64,000 nt of DNA from Candidatus Krumholzibacteriia bacterium (lineage in GTDB: Bacteria > Krumholzibacteriota > Krumholzibacteriia > WVZY01 > JAKEHA01). The position numbers and the translations under genes were made by a program. Location of the stretch: positions 1,621 through 65,620 of the forward strand of contig JAOUHG010000004.1 of NCBI GenBank assembly GCA_029865265.1, given 5' to 3'. The stretch's first letter is position 1, and every line of letters begins with the position of its first letter. The notes below the pieces were generated by a model. It saw only the letters and a list, made by a program, of their open reading frames with translations. It was not told the DNA's origin and did no database searches. Positions 10,901-18,924 of this stretch are shown piece by piece.

Positions 10901-12657
10901 GATATCGAGAACGCCTCTCCGATCCGCACCTCGTTGTTCTGATAGAGGGCGGTCGCATAGGCGTGCGCGTAGTACCGCGACGGATCCGGAAATGCGCTGT
11001 TGGACGCGCCGATGATCGACACGGCGCCACCCTCCGGGTTGCGCAGCATGTGCTCGCCCAGACAGTCGTAGTCAAAGGCTGCGGCGGTGCAGTTGAGCAT
11101 GTAGAGGTTGTATGTCCGGTTGGGATGTTCGAGAGCGTCCGCATCCGGGATGGTCACACTGGCGTCCGCGCAGTGCATGTTGAAGCGGTATCCGTGTCCC
11201 ACGTGGAAGACCATGTTGTAGCCGGCCTCCAGCGAGTCGATGGTGTTCTGCCGTGACTCCTGCGTGGAACCGGGAAAGTACTGCGGGGTCTGGTAGCTGC
11301 GCGCGATGCGCCGCGACGGATCATCGAGGATGAGCCTGATCTCCTCCGCGATGGTTCCGCCATTGCTCTGGATGGTCTGTCCCGCGGTCCATGGGGTGGG
11401 GAACAGGACCTCTGCGAGCATGAGCACCTTGTCGGTGTACTCGGGATCCAGCGGCGTCTCGTAGGCCTTGATCTTGGCCAGTACGGTGTTGGCCCCGGCC
11501 AGGGTGGCCACCGGGAGCCGCGCCACGTTCAGTTCGGCCCACAGGTCGGGGGCGTCGGCGGGTTGCTCACCGAAGCGCTCGTCGCCGTCGGCGTTGAAGG
11601 AACCGTCCAGCCCCGCGAAGTAGATGTCCGCGGGGATGCTGGTGCCGCCGTAGTAGTACGCGCTGTACAGGTAACGCGGCGGGATCTGCGGCGTGTCTCC
11701 CGCCAGCAGAACGGACTGCGTGCCCCAGTTGGTGTAGGCGTCGCGCAGGAAGAAGCGAATCGTCTCCGCGACGTCGGTGCCGCGCCGGTAGTTGTCGGTG
11801 ATCCATTCCACCGTGCGCACCACCGTCGGCACGCCGCGCGCGGTCTTCCACGTCGCAAGCGAGTCGAACGGCGCGCTGAGCGCCTCGGTAGTGACGATCA
11901 CGCAATGCACCGGACTGCCCTGCAGGGAGGGGAGGGCGGACGGGCTGAATGCGCCGATGGGTTCGGGTGTGGGCACGGCGGGATACGCGGCCACGTCCTG
12001 CGGGTTGATGACCATGTCGTCCAGTTGTGCCCGAATCTCGGCCGCGGCAGCGGGCGTCATGCGTCCGGCGCGTGCTGCATCGCCACCGTCCGCGATGGCT
12101 TCGAGTTCGACGCTCAATTCAATCTCGGTCGCCGCCACCAGTGTGCCGGACTCGATTCTCACCGGGAAGACCACGATGCTGGCAATGGTGTATCCGTGCC
12201 ACGTCCCCGAACCCGCGTAGCGAGTGAGTTCGGACGGGTAGCGGTTTGCGTCGCCCGCGGGTGCAACCGGTACGGTTGCTTCCGGCAACAGGCGTGGCGC
12301 GGGCGCGTCGGGGCTGGGAGAGGGCTGGGTGGCCAGGGCCGGGGTCACGCCGCGTGCAACCACCGTCTCGTGCAGGGCCCGTGCCGTCACTGCACGCACG
12401 CGGTCGCCCGGGGGAACGAGCACATTGACCACCCGCATGGGCAGGGCGGGGAAGCCGGGATCGGACAACGTGAGCAGGGCTTCGCCCGAGCCGGTCGTGG
12501 CCCGGATGGTGGCACCGGCCGGGCCCGGCTCGATCAGAATTCCGTCTGCGGGGGTGGTGAGGGAGAAATGGAGAACACGCGGGCCGGCCCTTCCGTCAAT
12601 GATCAGGGGAGCCGCGACCGCGATGATGAGCGCGATGCTGAACAGTTTCGATCGCAT
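7933..12657 (-). CDS. Secreted C25 (gingipain-like) cysteine peptidase fused to an FN3 domain, FG-GAP/VCBS repeats and a T9SS C-terminal sorting domain
   Basis: Signal peptide MRSKLFSIALIIAVAAP. The C25-like core includes VIVTTEALSAPFDSLATWKTARG, FHVGHGYRFNMHC (His) and YMLNCTAAAFDYD (Cys). Repeated GDIDGDGYPEIIVG / GDVDGDGALEVVAV / DLDGDDREEIII motifs follow. The C-terminus is LGQNYPNPFNPVTTIAFDL...VYFYRL...KMVLLK. Confidence 0.8.
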   Translation of the reverse strand: MRSKLFSIALIIAVAAPLIIDGRAGPRVLHFSLTTPADGILIEPGPAGATIRATTGSGEALLTLSDPGFPALPMRVVNVLVPPGDRVRAVTARALHETVVARGVTPALATQPSPSPDAPAPRLLPEATVPVAPAGDANRYPSELTRYAGSGTWHGYTIASIVVFPVRIESGTLVAATEIELSVELEAIADGGDAARAGRMTPAAAAEIRAQLDDMVINPQDVAAYPAVPTPEPIGAFSPSALPSLQGSPVHCVIVTTEALSAPFDSLATWKTARGVPTVVRTVEWITDNYRRGTDVAETIRFFLRDAYTNWGTQSVLLAGDTPQIPPRYLYSAYYYGGTSIPADIYFAGLDGSFNADGDERFGEQPADAPDLWAELNVARLPVATLAGANTVLAKIKAYETPLDPEYTDKVLMLAEVLFPTPWTAGQTIQSNGGTIAEEIRLILDDPSRRIARSYQTPQYFPGSTQESRQNTIDSLEAGYNMVFHVGHGYRFNMHCADASVTIPDADALEHPNRTYNLYMLNCTAAAFDYDCLGEHMLRNPEGGAVSIIGASNSAFPDPSRYYAHAYATALYQNNEVRIGEAFSISRASRTPLAVLGDGVELWTHYVYTIFADPDMPLWTGPVRNATVAVPATVAAGGNNIVVAVDVQGQPEPGATVCLHKEGEDYVVGTTNGSGLFTTPFTSARPGSISVVVTGANLGRRQSWIEVLPAGGAQLVVDSVLVDDDNLGDSSGNGDGRIDAGEIVELRPSFHNVGGTASLPATSSLGSPSADIMISNPGLGIPALQPDEAWSPAGATWTVEAAVAAFDRAIVRFDVTTTHGAQVWSDGFAEVIRAPLLDVVGLRASDALPVGNGDGVVSPGEPYQLFVLVKNYGTGLAGELVATLTPLDAGVVVTVGAAQLPDLGLLVQSENPVGFQLSEGNTAVENPLQLIVTDHAGRTIERTIELRPPLAPAIQSFDATQGVDKIKVVWAPSPSPDVSGYRVYRSLLATGPFDIASPDPVTHTVFTDAGLAASTRYYYAVTAVDSSGNESVFSATGSASTNPPQMPGWPNEVPGPSATSPSIGDIDGDGYPEIIVGNDKLYAWHGNGDEVRDGDGLPATFGIFSTQGTDFIGPAALASIDGTPGLDIVAPAYTSRQVFIFNGNGDVLPGWPQATIDFVRASISLGDVDGDGALEVVAVDQDAYLYVWHTDGSELMDGDSNPLTNGVFKRLPDTNQWQYQAVSLADLDGDDREEIIIATQDMKLYVFNEDGSNLNGWPRTLPNHAGGGVVVGDIDDNGDLELVVTVRGTGETYALHHNNTLLWTRWLPHNLFFNPTPALADITGDGKLEVIVPSSNGKLYAINYAGSDVPGWPVVYSTKTYTESSPIIADLTGDGQPDILLGHEEKLINAWSATGVPLDGFPLVVGDAMRGTPAVVDLDINGNAEIVAVGYDRIVYVWSLSAPYDPTTAPWPMARANIHRNGAYGSVVATGVSGGGGAHAARMRLGQNYPNPFNPVTTIAFDLPPGRSHRVTLTVYDVTGARVQTLVDGALPGGRHSVAWNGRNHAGVPAGSGVYFYRLATSDRAETRKMVLLK

Positions 12658-12698
12658 GTAGGACCATTGGCATGGGGGACGGCTGCCAGTGAAGGTTA

Positions 12699-12727
12699 AC
12701 TATAAGATAGAAATACAGTTGTGTCAA
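12699..12727 (-). promoter_or_regulatory. Sigma70-like promoter for the C25 peptidase gene
   Basis: The minus strand reads TTGACA (12727..12722), a 17-nt spacer, then TATAGT (12704..12699). This lies ~40 nt upstream of the ATG at 12657. Confidence 0.45.
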
Positions 12728-12762
12728 CGGAAACGGGGCCGGTGCTGCCAGCCCCATTTCCG
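12728..12762 (-). terminator. Stem-loop downstream of the redoxin gene (candidate terminator)
   Basis: A 12-bp stem, CGGAAACGGGGC / GCCCCATTTCCG (one G-U on the minus strand), with an 11-nt loop, sits directly after the stop at 12770. The U-tract is weak. Confidence 0.4.
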
Positions 12763-12769
12763 GGGCGAA

Positions 12770-13411
12770 TCAGTTGGCGTACTTGACCGAGCAGCCGTAG
12801 GGGGTCGTCGATTTGGTGGCGATTGCCTTGCCGTCCATGGCAGTGTCGAGCGATGCCACCACGTAGTTGATCGCGCCCTTCACGTCATCCGGGTTGGTGG
12901 ATGGCTTGTCGTCGATGGCGCCGGCATAGATGAGGACGCCCTCCGGGCTGATGACGAACATGTCCGGCGTGGTCCTGGCGCCGTAGGTCCGGCCGACCGT
13001 GCCAGTGGGGTCGCGCAGGTAGGCGGTGGCGGCGGACTTCTCGTCCGCGGTCATCTTCTTGAGGTCGGCGTCGTCGTAGTACCCCTGCTTGCCGGGTGCG
13101 GACGAACAGATGGTGAACCACACCACACCCTCGTCCACGTACTTCTTCTGCAGCGCCTGCATGTTTCCGCTGCCGTAGTGCTTCTTCACGAAGGGACAGT
13201 CGAAGTTGTTCCACTCCAGCACCACGTACTTCCCCTTGAAGTCGGAGAGCTTGTAGGTCTTGCCGTCGATGCCGGTCAGTTCGAAGTCCGGAGCGGGCTT
13301 GTCGATGGCCGCCGCGGGCCTCGCTTCGTCGCCGGCGACGAGTGCCGCGGGTGCGGCGATGACCAGTGCCGCGAGCGCAGCGAGGGCAATCCTGTGGTAT
13401 GTGTGCAACAT
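12770..13411 (-). CDS. Periplasmic thioredoxin-fold redoxin family protein
   Basis: An internal ATG after GGAGGAG gives MLHTYHRIALAALAALVIAAPAALVAG (signal peptide). The motif YVVLEWNNFDCPFVKKHY plus a second Cys (FTICSSAPGKQGY) is present. Confidence 0.75.
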   Translation of the reverse strand: MLHTYHRIALAALAALVIAAPAALVAGDEARPAAAIDKPAPDFELTGIDGKTYKLSDFKGKYVVLEWNNFDCPFVKKHYGSGNMQALQKKYVDEGVVWFTICSSAPGKQGYYDDADLKKMTADEKSAATAYLRDPTGTVGRTYGARTTPDMFVISPEGVLIYAGAIDDKPSTNPDDVKGAINYVVASLDTAMDGKAIATKSTTPYGCSVKYAN

Positions 13412-13445
13412 TGGTTCTCCTCCTGAGATGTGTCGTTCTTGCGGG

Positions 13446-14411
13446 TTACTGGCGACCGAGCGGGACATCGATCTCTATGGCCCTCGCTCCGTCACCACCT
13501 GACCAGCCGCTGCTCGATACCAGGATCCCCGACAATCGGGAGGGGATTCCGGCGGCCATACGCGAAATTTCCACGGTCAGTTGATAGGCGGCTCTTCCAT
13601 ATGGACTCGCGATCACCGAGAGCCGTTGCGGTGCCGCGTTTTCGATGAGGCCAGTGTCGTAGGGGAAGAAGAAGACGTCTTCCAGTTTCGTCTCCTGTTC
13701 GCCGGCGCTGATGTCCAGGGCGATAAAGCCCTGCCGGTCCACGCGCGCCTCCACGTTCCATTCCAGTGAGGGCCGGGGACATTGCGCCTGCGCTCTCTCC
13801 AGGCGCGCGAGCCACTCCGTATCCGTCTCCACCTTGTCGCGTACCTGCAGTGTCAGCGCCACCGAGGCGTCCCCGGGAACACATCCATCCGCGCATGCCA
13901 GCCACGAGACGTCGGCGCGCAACTCGACCGTTTCGCCGGCGGTGAGGGTGGTGGGAGTGCGTACATCAAACACCAGCAGGAGTTCCCCGTCGTACCCGAA
14001 GATGACCAGCGGGCCGGTTTGGAATCGCTCCGGGAAGGGCCAGCAGGGGGGACCCACCACGAAACCCGCGGGGAGTTTCCACCCCACGCCGGGCGCGAGC
14101 CCGGCGTCCCCCGGGTTGAGCCAGTTGAGGTGCCATCCCTCCTTCGCGACCAGGCGCACCGCCATGCGAAAGCGCTGGCCCGGCGCAATGGCGCGCGCTT
14201 CGCTCACCAGCGTCGCCGTCACCAGCTCGTCATCGGTGGCGGGAATACCGGTTCCTGCAAGCTGTGCACGCGTTTCGCACGGAACGGCGAGTGCGGCCGC
14301 CCACATGGCCGTGGCCATGGCCACGCACGCAACTGGAACCGGGACCACGCGGGACGGCGCAGGACGGCGCAATGCGAATGGGTTCACCATAGGTTGCCGC
14401 ATCATAACCAT
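13446..14411 (-). CDS. DsbD N-terminal (alpha) domain-like thiol:disulfide interchange protein
   Basis: GQRFRMAVRLVAKEGWHLNWLNPGDAGLAPGVGWKLPAGF ... VSWLACADGCVPG is the typical DsbD/DsbC N-domain pattern. The start was chosen at MVMMRQPM and its exact position is uncertain. Confidence 0.7.
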   Translation of the reverse strand: MVMMRQPMVNPFALRRPAPSRVVPVPVACVAMATAMWAAALAVPCETRAQLAGTGIPATDDELVTATLVSEARAIAPGQRFRMAVRLVAKEGWHLNWLNPGDAGLAPGVGWKLPAGFVVGPPCWPFPERFQTGPLVIFGYDGELLLVFDVRTPTTLTAGETVELRADVSWLACADGCVPGDASVALTLQVRDKVETDTEWLARLERAQAQCPRPSLEWNVEARVDRQGFIALDISAGEQETKLEDVFFFPYDTGLIENAAPQRLSVIASPYGRAAYQLTVEISRMAAGIPSRLSGILVSSSGWSGGDGARAIEIDVPLGRQ

Positions 14412-14760
14412 TGCGGCTCGTTCGGGCAACTGGCACGGAGGGTACGCAACCCGTCGCACTCATGCGGCCTTCATCGCAGCGGCGGACGACACGCACCGAT
14501 GCGCTCTCCGCGGGCTTCCGCGGGCCCTGTCGGGATGCACCGGTGATCTTCGCCCCCACCGCTACCCCCGTGGCGATCATCGAACACGGCGCGCGCTACT
14601 TCGGGCGTGCCCGGAGCCGTCTTCGTATCCACCTCGCCTCGTGCACGGCGTTTGCTCGTTGAGGACGCCACAAACCGACTCATCATCGCCGAGCACTCGC
14701 AGCGTGCGGACGCCGTTGCCGCGGGATTCTCCGTGGCTGGCTCCGCCGAAGGAGCGATTC

Positions 14761-15855
14761 ATGCCACGAGCCGTTCGCCGCGGAGCACTCTCCGCGCTGC
14801 TGTTTCTTGCCGTCCTCTGGACCCATGGCGTCGCCGCCGCCAAACCGATTCGCCTCTTCGTATTCAATGCCGTTCCGGACCACACCTTCATCGTCAAGAT
14901 CAACGGGGTCGACCACTTCTCAGTGTATTCGGGGTCGGCCGGCGCGCTGGCGGTGGCACTGAATGCGGCGGTCGCGGATATAATATCCGTCGTGGACGAC
15001 GGGAGCCCCGACCTCCAGCCCCCGTCCCCGCCGCTGTTTACGTCGCTCGACACCGGGGACCCAGGGTGCGCGCAGGCGTCCTGGGTGCCGAGCGGCGATC
15101 CCACCGTGGTGGGTTACGCGGTGTCGCTGGGGAGGAGCCCGGGCGAGTACGAGCGGGTCGTCGACGTCACCGCCGGTTCGTCGATAGACGTGTGCTCGCT
15201 CGAGCAGGGAATGCACTATGTGGCGGTGCAATGCCGCAACTATGCGGGCATGCTGAGCGCGTACTCGGCCGAACTCAGCGTTGAGATCGTGGTGGTGTCG
15301 GTGCTGATCGCGAGCTTCGATGCGCGCGTGGTGGACGAGGGGGTGGCGCTCTCCTGGCGCGTCGAGGCAGACGAGCGCATCGCCGGTTTCCGAATCTACC
15401 GCGCAGGGCCGGACGGGATCGAACGGCCGCTGACTCCGGATCTCGTCGCTGCGGTGAGCGACGGCTACGTGGATTCGAGCGTGCGGCCGGCGACACGCTA
15501 CTCCTACGCGGTCGCGGCGGTCAACGAGAGCGGGGAGGAGACGCGCTCATTCACGATTCCGGTCGAGATTCCTGCGCTCACGCTGACGCTCGGACAGAAC
15601 CTGCCGAACCCGTTCAACCCCGCCACCGCCATTCCCTTCGTGCTGGAGGCCACGTCGCGGGTGATGCTGCGCGTGTACGACGTTCGCGGGGCGCTGGTGG
15701 CTACGCTCTTCGACGGCGTCCTGCCGGCGGGTCGTCACACCGTCGGCTGGAACGGGCGCAACGACCGCGGGAGTGTGGTCTCGTCGGGGACCTATCTGTA
15801 TTCACTGGTGGCGGGCAAGCAGCAGCTGTCGCGCAAGATGCTGATGGTGCGCTGA
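14761..15855 (+). CDS. Secreted FN3-like protein with T9SS C-terminal sorting domain
   Basis: The ATG at 14761 (aa 351 of ORF 13711..15855) gives MPRAVRRGALSALLFLAVLWTHGVAAA (signal peptide). FN3-like segments follow (GFRIYRAGPDG...YSYAVAAVNESGEE). The C-terminus is LGQNLPNPFNPATAIPF...TYLYSL...KMLMVR. Confidence 0.7.
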   Translation: MPRAVRRGALSALLFLAVLWTHGVAAAKPIRLFVFNAVPDHTFIVKINGVDHFSVYSGSAGALAVALNAAVADIISVVDDGSPDLQPPSPPLFTSLDTGDPGCAQASWVPSGDPTVVGYAVSLGRSPGEYERVVDVTAGSSIDVCSLEQGMHYVAVQCRNYAGMLSAYSAELSVEIVVVSVLIASFDARVVDEGVALSWRVEADERIAGFRIYRAGPDGIERPLTPDLVAAVSDGYVDSSVRPATRYSYAVAAVNESGEETRSFTIPVEIPALTLTLGQNLPNPFNPATAIPFVLEATSRVMLRVYDVRGALVATLFDGVLPAGRHTVGWNGRNDRGSVVSSGTYLYSLVAGKQQLSRKMLMVR

Positions 15856-15870
15856 AGCGAACACCAATGA

Positions 15871-15904
15871 AGAGACCCGCCGCAATACGCGACGGGTCTC
15901 TTTG
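15871..15904. terminator. Bidirectional stem-loop between convergent genes
   Basis: AGAGACCCG (15871..15879) pairs with CGGGTCTCT (15893..15901). T/A-rich flanks are present on both sides. Confidence 0.5.
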
Positions 15905-15921
15905 AGAGTATGCCGGACCTA

Positions 15922-16830
15922 CTAGCGGTACAGCGACTTCACGCCGCCCCAGGTCCTCTGCTCGGTGGGAACCACACCGCAGTGTCCCGGTCCGATGACG
16001 CCGTTGTTGTAGTCATCCAGCGTCTGCGTGAGCGCGCTGGTCTGGCTGGGGTCGATGTACCCGCCGCCGACCGGCGGAACGATGAGGCCACCGATGAGCG
16101 CATCTGCCGCGGCGATCGCCGCGCTGGCATCGGTCGGGTCCGCGCCCGCCGCAATGTTGAGTTTTACCGCTATCAACTGGTGGGCCAGGCTGACGAGTCC
16201 GTTGCCCTGCACCGACTGTCCGAGAATGCTGAGCAGCTGCGCCTTGCTGTAGTTGACGCTGCCCAGCATGAGCGACATGACGGGCCACGCGCTCTCGTGG
16301 TTCTTCCAGAACCCCTGCGTGTAGGTGCAGTTGGTGCTCTCGGTGGTGGAGCCGCTGACCGTGTTGCTCAGGCCGCTTGCCGCCGCACCCGAGCCGTCGG
16401 TGGCGAAGGCGGTGAAGTGGTACTGCGTGCCATAGTCGAGTTCACCCACCGTGCCGGCCACGCCCGTTTCCTGGAACAGGTCACCAATCTCGATCGTGAT
16501 GCTCGCGTTGGGAGCGAGCTTGAAGGTCGTGTACTGCCCGCCAAACGTGTTGAGCGTCGGGGCGCCGGTGAACGACGCAGCCCCCTGGCCGTTCACTTCC
16601 GTCTCGGGCCACACGAAGCCGCGCGACGCGAAGGTGGCCTGGTCCATCCACCAGATGGTGAAGCCGTCCGGAAGACCGCTCGTGCCCGCCGTGACGGTAA
16701 GTGTCTGCTTGCCGTGTCCGCTCTGGCCGACACTCAGTACTGGCGCGTCCACGACTGCCCAGGCGGCCGGAGCCAGGGCCAACAACAGGACCGCGAGCAG
16801 CGCGGGAATGCAATTGTAGCGACGGATCAT
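15922..16830 (-). CDS. Secreted hypothetical protein with CTYTQGFWKNH motif and C-terminal WGGVKSLYR
   Basis: An internal ATG after AGGAGGG gives MIRRYNCIPALLAVLLLALAPAAWA (signal peptide). I recognise no catalytic motif. Confidence 0.6.
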   Translation of the reverse strand: MIRRYNCIPALLAVLLLALAPAAWAVVDAPVLSVGQSGHGKQTLTVTAGTSGLPDGFTIWWMDQATFASRGFVWPETEVNGQGAASFTGAPTLNTFGGQYTTFKLAPNASITIEIGDLFQETGVAGTVGELDYGTQYHFTAFATDGSGAAASGLSNTVSGSTTESTNCTYTQGFWKNHESAWPVMSLMLGSVNYSKAQLLSILGQSVQGNGLVSLAHQLIAVKLNIAAGADPTDASAAIAAADALIGGLIVPPVGGGYIDPSQTSALTQTLDDYNNGVIGPGHCGVVPTEQRTWGGVKSLYR

Positions 16831-17453
16831 CGAAATCCCTCCTGATATGGAGAAGAGTCCAAATTGTTTCTCGCGTGAGAAGCCGTCAACCACCGGCCAC
16901 CCCATCTCACACCGGCCCCGCTTTGCTGTCTTGCATGGTTCGGAATCGGGCCCTTGCAGAGTAAGTGTAACATGGGCAACGTGTTACTGTCCATGCCAAA
17001 AAACACCCGGGTGGCATCTTCTGCCCATAAATTAAGAGCTAATTATCCGAATTGACGAAAGTGACGCCGGGTAGCAAACTAGAGGTGTTGGGACTCCCGA
17101 CAACGGTGGCCTCCCCGGCCGCAGGAGACATCCAGCCGATCCCGAGTTCCCTGGCGGACATTTCAACGACGAGGTGATGTCGAGTTCCGCCACGGTGGTG
17201 TGGGATGCATCAACAGTCCGACAACTCCCTCCACGAGAACCGGTTGCGCGCCCATGCAGCGTGTATGGCCGGCGAGAGTGTTGCGATGATCGACAGTGCC
17301 TCGCGGACGCGTGCTGACGCGGTTCCCAACGGCGCCACGCGCAAGTTCACGTCGCGTCATCGAGTTATGGGTATCATTGTGCAATGTTTCACGAGCGGCA
17401 CGAACCTTCCTTCTGGTAATTCCCGGAACCGAAGAACCCAAGGAGGTTCAGCC

Positions 17454-18128
17454 ATGACCGTCATTCTCATTCTACTCATGCTCTCAGTGTTCATGACGCT
17501 CGACTACGCGCTTGGTCGCAGAGTCGTCGAGCAACCCATTGTCGCGGATCAACCCGATCCGCTGCCGATGCCGCAGACGGCGGAGCCGGTGTGGGTGGGC
17601 GGCTACCAGCTGCCGGAAGATCTCCGTTATCACCTCGGACACGTGTGGGTGCGGCCGCTTGGCGCCGACACGGTCGCGGTGGGCATGGACGATTTCGCGC
17701 GCCGCCTGGTCGGCAACGCACAACACGTGGCGCTGCCGGAAGCGGGTGCGCGGCTCAGCGCCGGCCGCCCGGCGTTCCGCGTGACCTCGGCCGTGGGGAA
17801 CGCGGACCTGGTGGCGCCGCTGTCCGGCGAAGTGCTCGAAGTCAACCCGCGCCTCGCGGCACAGCCCACGCTGGCCACGGACGAACCGTACGGGCGCGGA
17901 TGGCTCGTCAAGATGAAGGCGCACGACCTCACGAGTGGACTGCGCAACCTGATGAACGGATCGCTTGCGCGCCGCTGGACCGAAGACGCCCGCGGGCGTC
18001 TGGACATGCAGCTCGTGGCCCTGTCGGGCTCGGTGCTGCAGGACGGCGGCGAGCCGGTGGCCGACTTTGCGACGCACCTCTCCGGGGAGGACTGGAAGCG
18101 TCTCGTCAACGAGTTCCTGCTGACCTGA
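17454..18128 (+). CDS. Membrane-anchored glycine-cleavage H-fold protein lacking the lipoyl-lysine
   Basis: AAGGAGG lies 7 nt before the ATG at 17454. An N-terminal TM helix (MTVILILLMLSVFMTL) is present. The GcvH-like core is GHVWVRPLG...VGMDDFARRLVG...VTSAVGNADLVAPLSGEVLEVN...EPYGRGWLVKMK. Val (17793..17795) sits where E. coli GcvH has the lipoylated Lys (ESVKAASD). Confidence 0.75.
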   Translation: MTVILILLMLSVFMTLDYALGRRVVEQPIVADQPDPLPMPQTAEPVWVGGYQLPEDLRYHLGHVWVRPLGADTVAVGMDDFARRLVGNAQHVALPEAGARLSAGRPAFRVTSAVGNADLVAPLSGEVLEVNPRLAAQPTLATDEPYGRGWLVKMKAHDLTSGLRNLMNGSLARRWTEDARGRLDMQLVALSGSVLQDGGEPVADFATHLSGEDWKRLVNEFLLT

Positions 18129-18141
18129 ACGGGAGGGGCAG

Positions 18142-18924
18142 ATGAGCAACAACACTAGATCCATGTTGATCGATATCACCCGATGCGTGGGTTGTGGCGC
18201 CTGCACGGAGGCCTGCCTGCAGGCGCACGACCTTACCACCAATGTGGACGACATCAAGGATCTCTCCGCCGGCGCGCTGACATTCGTCTCCGAAAAGGAC
18301 GACCTGTACGTGCGCCGCATGTGCATGCACTGTCTGGAGCCCACCTGTGTGAGCGTGTGCCCGGTGGGGGCGCTGCAGCAGACGCAGGACGGGCCGGTGA
18401 TCTACGAGGCGTCGCGCTGTCTGGGCTGTCGCTACTGCATGCAGGCGTGCCCCTTCAACGTGCCGCGCTACGAGTGGAACAAGGTGGTGCCGGGTGTCGC
18501 CAAGTGCGACTTCTGCGCGCCGCGCCAGGCGCAGGGCCTCATGCCCGCGTGCGCGGAGGCATGTCCGGAAGACGCAACCACCTTTGGTACGCGCGAGGAG
18601 ATGCTGGCCGAGGCGCACCGCCGCATCAACGAGAACCCCGGTGCGTACTATCCGCACGTCTTCGGCGAGGAGGAACTGGGTGGCACCTCCATGCTGATTC
18701 TCTCACCGGTGCCGTTCGACACGCTGGGATACCCCAAAGCGCTTCCGCACGAGCCGCTTTCATCTCGCACCTGGGCCTCGCTCAGCCACGTGCCCGACGT
18801 GATCACGGTGGGCGGCGCCATGCTGCTGGCCATCTGGTGGATCACGAAACGCCGCGAGGAAGTGGCGCGCATCGAAGGGCCGGGCAGCTCAAACGACATG
18901 CACTCGGGAGGTGGTCACGCATGA
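18142..18924 (+). CDS. 4x[4Fe-4S] ferredoxin-type subunit, NrfC/HybA/DmsB-like, with C-terminal TM anchor
   Basis: Four Cys clusters are present: CVGCGACTEAC, CMHCLEPTCVSVCP, CLGCRYCMQACP and CDFC...ACAEACP. The C-terminal helix is VITVGGAMLLAIWWITKRR. No twin-arginine signal is visible. Confidence 0.85.
   Translation: MSNNTRSMLIDITRCVGCGACTEACLQAHDLTTNVDDIKDLSAGALTFVSEKDDLYVRRMCMHCLEPTCVSVCPVGALQQTQDGPVIYEASRCLGCRYCMQACPFNVPRYEWNKVVPGVAKCDFCAPRQAQGLMPACAEACPEDATTFGTREEMLAEAHRRINENPGAYYPHVFGEEELGGTSMLILSPVPFDTLGYPKALPHEPLSSRTWASLSHVPDVITVGGAMLLAIWWITKRREEVARIEGPGSSNDMHSGGGHA

Noticed and set aside
14431-14447. A TGGCAC hexamer in the divergent promoter region between the DsbD-like and FN3-CTD genes (possible sigma54 promoter).
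   Set aside because: The position 10 nt downstream of the GG reads TA rather than GC (TGGCACGGAGGGTACGC). The -12 element is therefore missing.
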